Shown here: one piece after another, positions 19,611-30,189 of the stretch
How positions within the stretch are numbered: the stretch's first letter is position 1
Layout of the letters: each line of letters begins with the position of its first letter
Source: Chthoniobacterales bacterium
Lineage (GTDB): Bacteria; Verrucomicrobiota; Verrucomicrobiia; Chthoniobacterales; Chthoniobacteraceae
NCBI GenBank assembly: GCA_038207335.1
Contig: JBBQZX010000017.1
Location: 32,001-96,000, forward strand
DNA length: 64,000 nucleotides
Reading direction: 5' to 3'
Position numbers and translations under genes: made by a program
The notes under the pieces: model-generated
Databases searched by the model: none
The model's input: the letters and a program-made list of their open reading frames with translations, nothing else
Told to the model about the DNA's origin: nothing

Positions 19611-20062
19611 AAGCCGAGGTCAGCGAGGCACGGTGTCGCGATCGTTTCCGAGTGCATTCGCACGATCTCAAACTCCGCCACGTTCCAAATTTCGAAAGAC
19701 TTCATGGCCCCCACGAGCACCACTTCGCCGGCGAGCGCGAAGCGTTTGCAAAAGTCATCTGGCACGACCAGCCGACCGGCTTTGTCGATCCAGCATTGGC
19801 GCGCTCTCGCACCGAGCGTACGCTGGATTTCGAGCAGTTGGACGCCGGAATATTTCAGGGCGGCATCGGCCTGCACCCGGTCGAGCTCTACGCGCGGCAG
19901 CGCCTTCACGCAGTCCTTGTTGCTGCTCAGCATGAGGAACAACTCCGCTTCCTCCTCGAAGCGCCAACTCGACGGGATCGTCACGCGGCTCTTGCCATCG
20001 AGGGAATGGCGAAACTCGCCCGCGAACAGCGGCCGAGCAGAGTCTGGTTGAATGAGGTTCAT
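19607..20062 (-). CDS. mraZ: Division/cell-wall cluster transcriptional regulator
   Basis: Two DxxxR SpoVT/AbrB motifs (LDGKSRVTIP, IDKAGRLVVP), FEIW; first gene of the dcw cluster. Confidence 0.92.
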   Translation of the reverse strand: MNLIQPDSARPLFAGEFRHSLDGKSRVTIPSSWRFEEEAELFLMLSSNKDCVKALPRVELDRVQADAALKYSGVQLLEIQRTLGARARQCWIDKAGRLVVPDDFCKRFALAGEVVLVGAMKSFEIWNVAEFEIVRMHSETIATPCLADLGL

Positions 20063-20085
20063 CGCGCGTGCGCTTTGGGAATTCG

Positions 20086-20110
20086 TCCCATTTCCTCCCA
20101 AAACGCGACA
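20086..20110 (-). promoter_or_regulatory. Putative MraZ operator (TGGGA repeats at 10-bp period)
   Basis: Minus strand reads TGTCGCGTTT-TGGGAGGAAA-TGGGA just upstream of mraZ; matches the known TGGG-type 10-bp spaced MraZ boxes. Confidence 0.6.
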
Positions 20111-20318
20111 CCTTATCCGTCGCGTTCAAAAAAAGGTCAACGATCGATTTCACTAAATTTTTCGCGTCGCGCCGCACCATCATTTTCCCGCAGTGCCGCA
20201 CTGATTCTTGGGGGAAATGCGAGGACGTTTTTGAGTCCATGCGCGCCGCTTGGATTTGGGCGGTGAAAAAATGTTCGTCTCGGCGAGGGCGCCGAAATCA
20301 GCCGCGGGCGCGCGTGCG

Positions 20319-22064
20319 CTACCTGGCGGCGAGCGCGCTATCGGGGCGCGTTTCCATGAGGCTCGTTGCGCAGAGCTTCGCGTAGGTGCCGCTCAGCGCG
20401 ATAAGCTCCTCGTGCCGTCCTCGCTCGATGATCCGCCCGCGATCCATCACTAGGATTTGATCCGCGTGCCGCACGGTCGAGAGCCGGTGCGCGATCACAA
20501 AGCTCGTGCGCTGCGCCATAAGCCGGTCGAGCGCTTGCTGAATCAGCCGCTCCGTCTGCGTGTCCACGCTCGCCGTCGCCTCGTCGAGCACGAGGATCGG
20601 TGGATCCTTCAGTAGCGCCCGCGCGATCGAAATGCGCTGCTTTTCGCCGACGCTCAATTTCACCCCGCGCTCGCCAACGATCGCCTCCAACCCGTCCGGC
20701 AGACGCTCGACAAAATCGCGCGCGTTCGCCGCCTCCAGCGCATCCCAAAGCTCCCCATCCGTCGCCTCGGGATTTCCGAGCCGCAAGTTGTCGCGAACCG
20801 TTCCGTTGAAAAGAAAACTCTCCTGCGTGACCATGCCGACCGCTGTGCGCAGCGCGCTTTTCGAGAGCGAGGAAATCGGTTTTTCATCAATCAAAATCTC
20901 GCCCGAATCGAACTCGTAAAAACGCGTGAGCAAATTCACGAGCGTCGATTTTCCAGCGCCCGTGTGGCCGACCAGCGCGATCGTCTCGCCGGGCCGCGCG
21001 TGCAGCGTGATCTGGTGCAGGACCGGCACCGCTTCGTCGTATGAAAAGCTCACTTTTTGAAAGCGCACATCGCCCGCGATCTCGACCAGCTCATCCTGCT
21101 CCGCGTGGCCGGGCTCCACTTTTTCATCCATGATCTCGAACACGCGCTCGCCCGCCGCGCGGCCTGATTGGATGAGCTGATTCAGGCTGTGGAGCTTCCC
21201 GATCGGCTCGTAGAGAAAGCCCGCGAGCAGCAGAAAACCGACGAGATCGCCGACGCTCATCGCACCGTCGAGGACGGCCTGCCCGCCGAATCCGATGACG
21301 AGCACGAGCCCGAGCGAATTGAAAAAAGTCATCGTCGGATTGTAGATTGCCCACACGCGCATCACGACGAGCGTGGCCTCGCGGAGCTGCTGGCTCACGC
21401 CGTTGAAACGCGCGTGCTCCTCGCGTTCGCGGACGTACGTTTTGATCTGCCGGATGCCCGCGAGATTGTCGTGCAGAAGCGCGTTCATCGCCGATGAAGC
21501 CTTGCGCTGCAGCCGATAGCGCCGGTGAGCGGTGAGCGTGTAGGCGAGCGCGCCGCCGATCAAAAGCGGCAGCGGCACGAGCGCCAAAAGCGCGAGCTTC
21601 GCGTTATAAAAAAACAGCAGTGTGCCGACCACGAGCGCCTGCAAAACGGCCACGACTCCCTGCTCGATTCCGTCGATTAAAACGCGCTCCACAGACGTCA
21701 CATCTTCAAGCAGCCGCGTCATGATGTCGCCAGTCGCGCGGTTATCGAACCACGTCAGCGGGAGCTGTTGGATGTGCGAGTAGAGATCGCTCCGCAGGTC
21801 GAAGATCACCTTCTGCTCGAACGTATTATTCAGCACGATCCGCAGGCCGTTGAAGAGGTCGCGCAGGAAAAATGTGACGAGCGCGATGACCGCATACCTC
21901 CACAAATTCTCGCGATGCCCGGCGCGGACCTCGTCGATCACGAGCTGCGTCACTTTTGGAAAAACGGTGACCATGAGCGTCGTCACCACCGCGCAAGCCA
22001 GCGTCCCCACAGCCATCCAAGGATAGCCGCGGATGTAGGCAAAGACGCGAAGGACCGTTTTCAT
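20319..22064 (-). CDS. ABC transporter, fused permease/ATP-binding (MsbA/MdlB-like exporter)
   Basis: TMD, then GHTGAGKST, LSVGEKQR, LDEATASVD, IAHRLST; start at MKTVLRVF. Confidence 0.93.
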   Translation of the reverse strand: MKTVLRVFAYIRGYPWMAVGTLACAVVTTLMVTVFPKVTQLVIDEVRAGHRENLWRYAVIALVTFFLRDLFNGLRIVLNNTFEQKVIFDLRSDLYSHIQQLPLTWFDNRATGDIMTRLLEDVTSVERVLIDGIEQGVVAVLQALVVGTLLFFYNAKLALLALVPLPLLIGGALAYTLTAHRRYRLQRKASSAMNALLHDNLAGIRQIKTYVREREEHARFNGVSQQLREATLVVMRVWAIYNPTMTFFNSLGLVLVIGFGGQAVLDGAMSVGDLVGFLLLAGFLYEPIGKLHSLNQLIQSGRAAGERVFEIMDEKVEPGHAEQDELVEIAGDVRFQKVSFSYDEAVPVLHQITLHARPGETIALVGHTGAGKSTLVNLLTRFYEFDSGEILIDEKPISSLSKSALRTAVGMVTQESFLFNGTVRDNLRLGNPEATDGELWDALEAANARDFVERLPDGLEAIVGERGVKLSVGEKQRISIARALLKDPPILVLDEATASVDTQTERLIQQALDRLMAQRTSFVIAHRLSTVRHADQILVMDRGRIIERGRHEELIALSGTYAKLCATSLMETRPDSALAAR

Positions 22065-22227
22065 TTCGAGGGCGGATACCTTCGGCGCAAACCCCGCGCT
22101 GACAAGCCGCGCAAACATCAGCGCGATTTTTAGGGGGGGCTTCACCCTATTGCAGAAGGCGCAGCGCGACGCGTAAAACACGAGTGCGTTGCGGTCGCAT
22201 TCAGCGAGGCCACGCATCTTTTTCACG

Positions 22228-25200
22228 ATGCCCGACGCGAATCTTCCAAACGTCAATTTCACAAGCGAAGTCCGGTTTGCAGTCGTCATGTATGGCGGCG
22301 TGTCGCTCGCGATTTACATCAACGGCGTCACGCAGGAACTGCTCGACATGGTGCGCGCAACAGCGCCGAGCACATCGGGCGGCGCGGACGCTCTCGTCCC
22401 GGATGCGGAATTGAAAGGCGCGATGCCAGTCTATCGGCGGCTCGGGCAGTACTTGGAAAACGAGCGCAAAAAACTCGTCGCACGCTCGAAGCCGCTGGAT
22501 GGAGTGCCGGAGGCTGAGATCGACGACTGGAATGCGTGGCGCTCCGCGGAGATTAAGACGCGGTTCATCGTCGATGTGATTTCCGGCACCTCTGCGGGCG
22601 GGATTAACGGCGTATTTCTCGCGAAAGCGCTTGCCAATAACCAGGGCCTCGACGGGCTGAAAAACCTGTGGATGAGCGAAGGCGACCTCGCGCGCCTGCT
22701 CAATGACAGCGGCTCGATCGCCGACCTGCGCGAGTACGGACTCCGGGTCGCCGAGCCGCGCGAATCGCTCCTGAACAACCAGCGAATGTATCGAAAACTA
22801 CTCGAAGCGCTCGAGACGATGCAGCCGCCGGCAGCCGCCGAGCCCGCCGCTGCCTCCCCACTGGTCGCCGAGCTCGATCTTTTCATCACGACGACCGACA
22901 TCGCCGGAATCCCCCTGCCCATCAGCCTCGCCGACGGACTCATCTTCGAGCGGCAGCATCGGAACGTCTTCCATTTTCGCTACGACGACTTCGACGCAGT
23001 GAACAAGAATCAGAGCGAAGACGACGGCGTTTCGAACGACTTCCTCAAGCCAAACGATCCCTTCCTCGCGTACGCCGCACGCTGCACTTCGTCGTTTCCA
23101 TTCGCATTCGAGCCCATGCGGCTCAGCGACATCGATGCAGTCACGCGGACTTTTTGGAAAGGTCATCCGTATTTCGACGCAGCGGACCGCACCGCGGATT
23201 GGGGGCGCTTTTTCGAAAACTACCTCCGCACCTCGCTTGCCGAGATCCAGCAGCGCCTGAGCGGCAGGAAGTCGGAGCGACCGGCGAAGACTGAACTAGA
23301 AGCCTATCGGGCCAAGCTGCAAACCCAGCTCCGCGCGGATTTTCGCGATCGCGCTTTTGGCGACGGCGGCTATCTCGACAACAAGCCCTTCAGCCACGCG
23401 ACCGCGATCCTCATGCGCCGCCGCGCGGATGTACCAGTCGCGCGAAAGCTGATCTACATCGAGCCCGCGCCCGAGCATCCCGAGCGGCTGCCGGAGAAAA
23501 AAGAGAAGCCCGATTTTCTCCAGAATGTGCTCGCGGCAGTGGTCGATCTTCCTCGCCAGGAGACGATACGCGAGGACCTCGAACGGCTCTTCGAGCGCAA
23601 CCGCATGGTCGAGCGAATCGGTGCGCTGTCACGCGATGTGGATGACGATCTCGCAGCGACGCCGGTCGGATGGCTTCGCCTGCCGTTTCACGATTCATGG
23701 CTCGCGGACCTGATCGCGCTGCATGGGGTAAGCTACGGCGCGTATCACCGGTTGAAGCTCGAGGAAATCACCGCGCTGCTCAGCGAGAGAATCGCGCAAG
23801 CGGCATCGTTCAGCCCGGACTCACAGGAGGGCTCGGCGTTGCTCGAGGTCGTGCGTGCTTGGCGGACGCAGAATTTTGCCGCGAACCAAAACGGCGTTGG
23901 AAAACGCAGCGAAAACGCGTTTCTCGCCGATTTCGACATACGTTTTTGCCTGCGCCGACTTGCCTTCGCCGCGCGGCGTATCAACGAACTCGCGCGCCTC
24001 GACGACAATGCTTTTCGGATCATCGAAAGTGCGTTCGTCTCGATCCAGACTCGCGGCACGGGGGCGGCAGCCAATCGTGCCGAGGCGCGCGCGGAAGCCC
24101 GCCGCATCATCGCGCGACTGGAGATGGACTCTGAATGGCGCGCGGCTTTTCGCGCCGAGCTGAACGCGATCAAGAAGAATAAAGTCAGCCCGCACGTCCT
24201 CGCGAACCGACGGCGCGAAGAAGAGATGCACCGCTGCCCACAAGAAATCCAAATCGGCGACGCGACCACTAGCGTGACGCTCGGTGATCTCATCGGGAAA
24301 CTCGGCATCGCGTGGGCCGACTTAGTCGCGCTCATGGATGCCGCCGCCTCCGAGCGACCTGCGCTCGCCCGCGACCTCATCGCACCACCCGAGCGGATGC
24401 TTGCCCTGCGCGAGATCGAGGAGTTCTTCCGCGCCTCATTTGGCGGTGCCGGCGGCGTAGCCGTTTCGAGCGATTCCGACACCGATTTTGCGGACGCCGC
24501 CGTGCTCGCTCGGCGGATCGTCGAACATTTCCGGAAATCGTTTCAGCTCTACGATCTCGTCACATTTCCCGTACAGTTTGGCAGCGGAGCGGGCGAGGCG
24601 AATATCGTGCAAGTCAGCCGCATCAGCCCGGAAGACGCCGTCGGTCTCATCGACGAGCGCAACGACCCTCGGCGCAAACTGGCCGGCACGACGCTCATGA
24701 ATTTCGGCGCATTCCTCCAGCGCTCGTGGCGGCGAAATGACATGCTCTGGGGCCGGCTCGATGGCGCGGAAAGGCTGATCTGCGCAGTGTTTGCGCCCGA
24801 GGACGATACCGAAAAAGCGATCCGTCGCGGCCTCATCGTCGAGGCACAAAAAGCGATCCTCCGCGATGAACTTACTTCCGCCGATCATGTGTCCATCTGC
24901 AAGCTGATCGGCCAATTTGTCTCGGACGCCGGGCCTACTCGGCGCGATGCCGCGGCGCTCCGCGAATTCGTCGCGTCGGCGCTAGCGAACGATCCCGCTC
25001 TGCCGACGCGCGTCGAGGCGATCCTCCAGAGCTGCCTCGGCACGGAGGACAAGCTGTGGGATTTCTACACGAAGAGCTACGAGGTCGATCGCAGCGTCGA
25101 TGCTGAGAGTGCCGTGCGGCTCATCGCGCGCTCCACCGACATCGTCGGGCGGATGCTGCAGCAGCTCGCGCACACTTATCGCGCCGATCCCGCGGGCCGC

Positions 25201-26373
25201 GTCGCGCAGCGCATCGCCATGCTCGGCCGCATCTTCTGGCACATCGTCGAGGTCGCGGTGCCGCGCAGCCTGCCGTCGCTATTTTTTCAGCATTGGATCG
25301 GCGTCATTTACGTCCTCGATTTCATCCTGATTTTCGGCGGCATCCTGTTCGGGCACGACGAGGTGAAAAATTTCGGCTGGTCTCTGCTCGCGGTCACCAT
25401 CGGCGTAAATGTCATCGTCGCCGGGCTCACCGATTACATCACCGGACGTCTGAAATCTTTCGTCGTCCTGCGCGCCCTGCTCGCCGCCGCACTCATCGCG
25501 CTTCTCGCATGCGGCGTCACGTTCGTCGCCGCACATTTTTCCGCGATCCCGCGCGAAGACGAAAACATCATCGGCATATCGATGGCCGGGCTCTTCGCGC
25601 TCGTCCTCGGGTGGGCGGAGTGGAAACGGGGGCTGCGCCTTCTCGACGACGCACGCCCCGAGCCGGTTCGATGGCAGCCGCTCGCATTGCTTGCCGGCCT
25701 CGCCACATTTTTCGGCATCGCTCTCACCATCATCGGTCCGGGAAAAATGGCAGCAGTCGAACTCGCGGGCTCTTCCCAAGCGCTCGCCCGATGGATCGGC
25801 TGGCATCCGACATGGCAATGGCGCACCCAACTCATCGTCGATTTCCCGTTCATCCTCTTCTACGTCGCGCTGCTCTCGTCCGCTTGCGCTGCGGCGGCGC
25901 GCTTCTGGACGGCACGTGCCGCCGCCGTGAAAGCCGCGGACGAAACGGTAGCTGCAATTAAAGCCCGTGATGCCACCGGGCGCCGTTTTTCCGGCTTCGC
26001 GCGAATCACGTTTGCCATCGGAGGATTGCAGTGGCTCGCGGGCGGCTTCGATGGGGTGGAAAATTGGGCACTCCTTCACTTCCTAGACCACACGGAATCG
26101 CTGGCGGCTCCGCGGATCGCATTCCTCGCAGCGTTCCTGAAATTTTGCCTCACGGTCGTTGGCTGTCTTTGCGCAGCCATCGGCATTTGGTTCGCGCAAC
26201 CGCCGCTCCCTTCTCCGGAGAATGCCCGTGCCAAGCGCGACCGTAACGCGTGGAGAATCGCCGCCGCAGTGCTCGTCGTGACGGCGATCATTTTCGCCAA
26301 ATCCGCCCTCTCCGGGCTGCGCGCGCCGCCGCCAAATCAAGCGCCCATCAGCATTCCCGCATCCGTGCGTTGA
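22228..26373 (+). CDS. Patatin-like protein (DUF3376-type) with multi-TM C-terminal domain
   Basis: [19 protein letters not shown] (GxSxG), [34 protein letters not shown]; many hydrophobic segments in the last ~370 aa. Confidence 0.85.
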   Translation: MPDANLPNVNFTSEVRFAVVMYGGVSLAIYINGVTQELLDMVRATAPSTSGGADALVPDAELKGAMPVYRRLGQYLENERKKLVARSKPLDGVPEAEIDDWNAWRSAEIKTRFIVDVISGTSAGGINGVFLAKALANNQGLDGLKNLWMSEGDLARLLNDSGSIADLREYGLRVAEPRESLLNNQRMYRKLLEALETMQPPAAAEPAAASPLVAELDLFITTTDIAGIPLPISLADGLIFERQHRNVFHFRYDDFDAVNKNQSEDDGVSNDFLKPNDPFLAYAARCTSSFPFAFEPMRLSDIDAVTRTFWKGHPYFDAADRTADWGRFFENYLRTSLAEIQQRLSGRKSERPAKTELEAYRAKLQTQLRADFRDRAFGDGGYLDNKPFSHATAILMRRRADVPVARKLIYIEPAPEHPERLPEKKEKPDFLQNVLAAVVDLPRQETIREDLERLFERNRMVERIGALSRDVDDDLAATPVGWLRLPFHDSWLADLIALHGVSYGAYHRLKLEEITALLSERIAQAASFSPDSQEGSALLEVVRAWRTQNFAANQNGVGKRSENAFLADFDIRFCLRRLAFAARRINELARLDDNAFRIIESAFVSIQTRGTGAAANRAEARAEARRIIARLEMDSEWRAAFRAELNAIKKNKVSPHVLANRRREEEMHRCPQEIQIGDATTSVTLGDLIGKLGIAWADLVALMDAAASERPALARDLIAPPERMLALREIEEFFRASFGGAGGVAVSSDSDTDFADAAVLARRIVEHFRKSFQLYDLVTFPVQFGSGAGEANIVQVSRISPEDAVGLIDERNDPRRKLAGTTLMNFGAFLQRSWRRNDMLWGRLDGAERLICAVFAPEDDTEKAIRRGLIVEAQKAILRDELTSADHVSICKLIGQFVSDAGPTRRDAAALREFVASALANDPALPTRVEAILQSCLGTEDKLWDFYTKSYEVDRSVDAESAVRLIARSTDIVGRMLQQLAHTYRADPAGRVAQRIAMLGRIFWHIVEVAVPRSLPSLFFQHWIGVIYVLDFILIFGGILFGHDEVKNFGWSLLAVTIGVNVIVAGLTDYITGRLKSFVVLRALLAAALIALLACGVTFVAAHFSAIPREDENIIGISMAGLFALVLGWAEWKRGLRLLDDARPEPVRWQPLALLAGLATFFGIALTIIGPGKMAAVELAGSSQALARWIGWHPTWQWRTQLIVDFPFILFYVALLSSACAAAARFWTARAAAVKAADETVAAIKARDATGRRFSGFARITFAIGGLQWLAGGFDGVENWALLHFLDHTESLAAPRIAFLAAFLKFCLTVVGCLCAAIGIWFAQPPLPSPENARAKRDRNAWRIAAAVLVVTAIIFAKSALSGLRAPPPNQAPISIPASVR

Positions 26374-27634
26374 GCGTCTCGGGCGAGACTTCGTTTTCCC
26401 AGCGGCTGATCGCGACGGTCGCCACACCGTTGCCGATGAGGTTCGTGAGAGCGCGGCATTCGCTCATGAAGCGGTCGATCCCGACGAGCAGCGCGAGCGA
26501 TTCGATGGGCACGCTCGGCAGCACGGCGAGCGTCGCCGCGAGCGTGATGAAGCCCGCGCCCGTCACGCCGCTCGCGCCTTTCGACGAGATCATCGCGACG
26601 AGCAGAACGGTGATTTGCTGCGACAAATCGAGCGGCGTGTTCGTGGCTTGCGCGAGGAAGACGACGGCCATCGCCATGTAGATGTTCGTGCCGTCGAGAT
26701 TGAAGCTGTAGCCCGTCGGGATCACGAGCCCCACGGTGGATTCGGCGCATCCGAGACGCCGCATTTTCACCAGCATCCCCGGAAGCGCGGGCTCTGAGGA
26801 GCTCGTCCCGAGCACGAGCAGCAGCTCCTCGCGGATGTAGCGCAGGAAGCGAAAAATCGAGAAACCACTCCACCGCGCGATGAGCCCGAGCACGACGACG
26901 ACGAATAGCGCGGCGGTGAAATAGAACGCGAGCATGAGCATCGCGAGTTTGTTCAGCGCGCCGAGGCCGTAGCTCCCGACCGTGAATGCCATCGCGCCAA
27001 ATGCGCCTATCGGCGCGGCGCGGACGACGATGCGGATGATGCCGAAGAAAATCTGCGAGACGGCTGCGAGGGCCGATAGAATGGGCTTTGCGCGCTTACC
27101 CATCGCGGAAATCGCGAACGCCGTGAGCACCGAGATGAGCAGCACTTGCAGCAAATCACCGCTCGCGAATGCGCCGAAATACGAACCGGGGATGATGTTC
27201 AAAAAGAACTCCTTCGCACCGAGCGCGTGTGCCTGCTGGACGTAGCTTTTCGAGAGCGACGCATCGAGCGCAGCGGGATTGGCATTGAAGCCCACGCCGG
27301 GTTTCCAGACGTTCACGACGACGAGGCCGAGGATGAGCGCGAGTGTCGAGACGACCTCGAAATACAGGAGCGTCTTGCCGCCGATACGTCCGAGCTTTTT
27401 CAAATCCGACATCGACGCGATGCCGTGCACGAGCGTGCAAAAAATCACCGGCGCGATGACCATCTTGATCAGCTTAATGAAACCGTCGCCAAGCGGTTTG
27501 AGCGCTTTCCCGGCGTCCGGAAAAGTGGCGCCGACCGCAATGCCGAGCAACACGCCGATGATCACTTGAACGTATAGAATCCGATACCAGCGAGAGCGCG
27601 CAGGACGGGGCGGAGGGATTGCTTCGTCGGTCAT
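26348..27634 (-). CDS. dctA: C4-dicarboxylate/cation symporter (DAACS family)
   Basis: [47 protein letters not shown]; start at MTDEAIPP. Confidence 0.93.
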   Translation of the reverse strand: MTDEAIPPPRPARSRWYRILYVQVIIGVLLGIAVGATFPDAGKALKPLGDGFIKLIKMVIAPVIFCTLVHGIASMSDLKKLGRIGGKTLLYFEVVSTLALILGLVVVNVWKPGVGFNANPAALDASLSKSYVQQAHALGAKEFFLNIIPGSYFGAFASGDLLQVLLISVLTAFAISAMGKRAKPILSALAAVSQIFFGIIRIVVRAAPIGAFGAMAFTVGSYGLGALNKLAMLMLAFYFTAALFVVVVLGLIARWSGFSIFRFLRYIREELLLVLGTSSSEPALPGMLVKMRRLGCAESTVGLVIPTGYSFNLDGTNIYMAMAVVFLAQATNTPLDLSQQITVLLVAMISSKGASGVTGAGFITLAATLAVLPSVPIESLALLVGIDRFMSECRALTNLIGNGVATVAISRWENEVSPETLNARMREC

Positions 27635-27698
27635 TGGAGGGGCCGGCGCGACCCTGCCGGCGCGGCAGCGCGGGGTCGAGCGCAGATCAACGCCGCGC

Positions 27699-27727
27699 TT
27701 GCCAGTGGACTGGCGAATGCCAATAGT
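27699..27727 (+). promoter_or_regulatory. Putative sigma70 promoter of efp
   Basis: TTGCCA-17 nt-AATAGT. Confidence 0.45.
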
Positions 27728-27769
27728 CCGCACCCCTTTTTCCAAACCACAAACTACCCAATACCTCCT

Positions 27770-28327
27770 ATGGCTCAGGCAAACGATCTCCGCAAAGGCA
27801 TGGCTGTCCGCTACAATGGCAACGTCGCCATCGTCCTCGAAGTGATGCACCGCACGCCCGGCAATCTGCGCGCATTCGTGCAAGCGATCATCCGCTACAT
27901 CGGCACGGGAAAATCGGCCGATGTGCGCTTTGGCTCGACGGACAAAGTCGAGACGGTGGACATCCAGCGCACTCAAGTGGAGTTCAGCTACAAGGACCAT
28001 CAGGGCTACCACTTTATGGACCCGGAGACCTACGAGACCATTTCGCTCGATGACAATCTGCTCTCCGAGGCAAAGGACTATCTCGTCGAAAATCTGAAGG
28101 TCGACGTCTTGTATGTGGAAGGCAAAGCCGCGCAAGTCGAAGTCCCGGCGTCGGTGACATTGAAAGTCACGGAGTCCGCGGAAGGCGTGAAGGGCGACAG
28201 CGCGAACAACGTGATGAAAACTGCCACGCTGGAGACTGGCAAAGTGGTCAATGTCCCTTTGTTCATCAAAGAAGGTGAGTTGGTCAAAATCGACACCCGT
28301 AACGGCAACTACATGGGCCGGGCCTAG
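27770..28327 (+). CDS. efp: Elongation factor P (PGN-type tip loop)
   Basis: [50 protein letters not shown]. Confidence 0.96.
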   Translation: MAQANDLRKGMAVRYNGNVAIVLEVMHRTPGNLRAFVQAIIRYIGTGKSADVRFGSTDKVETVDIQRTQVEFSYKDHQGYHFMDPETYETISLDDNLLSEAKDYLVENLKVDVLYVEGKAAQVEVPASVTLKVTESAEGVKGDSANNVMKTATLETGKVVNVPLFIKEGELVKIDTRNGNYMGRA

Positions 28328-28371
28328 AGCCGTTGCGATGCGGCTGATCGCCACCACGACTGAGTTTCATC

Positions 28372-29166
28372 GTGGCTAAGAAGGCGCAACCTAAGAATCA
28401 AAAAGCCGGGCGCAAGCTGCTGCTCGGCGCGTCGCCCGCCGACCATGCCTGGGCCGTGCCAACGTGGTGGCTCAATACCCTCGTCGGCCTCTTTCTCCTG
28501 CCGGTCGCGGGAGTATTGACGCAGACACTTTTCGCGAGCTTCTCCCACGCGGCGGTGAAGCACTCATTTTGGGCCAGCGAAGAGTTCTGGTTCTTCACTC
28601 TCGGAGCCGTGCTGTGGCTGCTCGCTTTCTTCGGAAGCATTTGGGCCTGCGGCGAACCGCGCCCTTTGCGCGTCTATGTCTTTGGTCACGAACTGACCCA
28701 CGCCATCTGGGTCTGGATCATGGGAGGAGAAGTCATCGAGTTCGAAGTCGCCCGGCACGGTGGCTACATCCTGACTGACAAGCACAACGTTTGGATCGCG
28801 CTAGCGCCTTACTTTTACCCGCTCTACAGCCTCGCGGTCGTCGTCATCTACGGCATCGCCAGCGTCTTCTACGACCTATCGACCTACACTCCGTGGCTCT
28901 TCGCATTCATCGGGCTGACATGGTCGTTTCACATGACCTTCACAGTCTGGATGATCCCGAAAGGCCAGAGCGACCTGACTCAACACGGCACCTTTTTCTC
29001 ATTGGTCATCATCTACCTGATGAACCTTCTCCTCCTCACCGCCCTGCTCATCTTCGCCGCGCCCGAAGTCACCATCTCCTACTTTTTGAAAGACCTCCTC
29101 CACAACACCGAAGACCTATCCGCCTACCTCTGGAGCTACATCCGCCCGCTCCTGCCGTCGGTGTAA
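28372..29166 (+). CDS. Membrane zinc metallopeptidase-like protein (HExxH, M50-like)
   Basis: FGHELTHA within a hydrophobic protein, LAPY and QSDL downstream; GTG start. Confidence 0.65.
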   Translation: MAKKAQPKNQKAGRKLLLGASPADHAWAVPTWWLNTLVGLFLLPVAGVLTQTLFASFSHAAVKHSFWASEEFWFFTLGAVLWLLAFFGSIWACGEPRPLRVYVFGHELTHAIWVWIMGGEVIEFEVARHGGYILTDKHNVWIALAPYFYPLYSLAVVVIYGIASVFYDLSTYTPWLFAFIGLTWSFHMTFTVWMIPKGQSDLTQHGTFFSLVIIYLMNLLLLTALLIFAAPEVTISYFLKDLLHNTEDLSAYLWSYIRPLLPSV

Positions 29167-29189
29167 TTGACTAGGGTAAAAAACTTTCG

Positions 29190-29549
29190 TCAGTATTCAT
29201 CCGGCGGCTGGTCTTCGGCTTCTTCCGTCAGGGCTTTAGTGAGCGACTCTTGGAACATGAGGAAGCGCTTTGTCACGAAAAGGGGGTCGCGCTCTTCTTT
29301 TGTCGTGAGATGGGTGTCGAGGAATTCTTCGATGCTGAGGTCTTCGTAGTCTTCGGGGTCGATCTCCCAGAGCTTGTCGGAAAAGGCGACTTTGTGCGTG
29401 GCTTCGAAGCAGCAGAGGGCGAGCTCGAAATCGAGGTCGTCGAATTCGTCGCAGAAGAGTTCGCCGATCGTGGTGGTGGCGTCGGCCTGCACGAGGTCGT
29501 CGCTGATGAAATGGAGGATTGAGATGAAGGAGGTGACGAAATAACTCAT
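29190..29549 (-). CDS. Small acidic hypothetical protein, acyl-carrier-protein-like pattern
   Basis: Coding-like codon use; very D/E rich; DDLDFELALCCFEATHKVAFSD resembles the ACP [14 protein letters not shown]...IPD pattern. Confidence 0.65.
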   Translation of the reverse strand: MSYFVTSFISILHFISDDLVQADATTTIGELFCDEFDDLDFELALCCFEATHKVAFSDKLWEIDPEDYEDLSIEEFLDTHLTTKEERDPLFVTKRFLMFQESLTKALTEEAEDQPPDEY

Positions 29550-29578
29550 CGGAAATCGGCGCGGTGGGCGGAAGGGCA

Positions 29579-30115
29579 TTACTTCTTCGCTGCTGCTGCG
29601 GCGGCTTTGATGAAGTCCATGAACTCCTCGTGCTTTCCTTTCACGAGATCCGCTGGGCCGGTCATTTTGACGAAAATATCACCCGCCGCGTTTTGAATGA
29701 TCGCGCCGAGGAGTGCCTGGTCGGGCAGCGTTGAAACCGGTCCGCCGGGCATCCCGCTTCGATAGGTCCCTTCCGTCGACACGACAGTCACTTTCGCTCC
29801 ATCGAACTCCATGGGGACGATTTTCGCCGCGCCGTCCTTACTCTCGAATTGCGCGACCCAGCGCTTCGCATTCGCATCGACGCCGCCGCCGCCGCCGGCA
29901 CCAAAATAGAAGAACGTGATGTCCGCTGATTGAGACTTGTCGGCGCTCGTGATCTTCAACTGCGCCTTCCGCATCGGCGAGTTGACCGGCACCCAATCCC
30001 ACCCGTTCGGACGGGAAAACTTGATGGCGCCAACTTCAAAAGAGGTCGGATCGTCAGCATGGACTGTGGCGGTGAAAGCGAGAAGTGCGGCAGCGAAAAG
30101 GGATCGGAAGTGCAT
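29579..30115 (-). CDS. Exported hypothetical protein
   Basis: Sec signal (…ATVHA|DD); MRKAQ, GGG..ANAKRW..QF and FVKMTGP motifs. Confidence 0.8.
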   Translation of the reverse strand: MHFRSLFAAALLAFTATVHADDPTSFEVGAIKFSRPNGWDWVPVNSPMRKAQLKITSADKSQSADITFFYFGAGGGGGVDANAKRWVAQFESKDGAAKIVPMEFDGAKVTVVSTEGTYRSGMPGGPVSTLPDQALLGAIIQNAAGDIFVKMTGPADLVKGKHEEFMDFIKAAAAAAKK

Positions 30116-30189
30116 GGGTAAGAAGTAAGGCGCGCGAGGAGACGGGGCAAGCGGTTAGGGTTCGTCGTGATCGGCGAACAAGGCTGCAG

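Noticed and set aside
20274..20288. TGTTC half-site as a second LexA box
   Set aside because: No GAACA half at the required spacing.
27635..28357. Apparent 240-aa N-terminal extension of DctA
   Set aside because: It is the antisense frame of efp. DctA homology begins near MTDEAIPP (27634).
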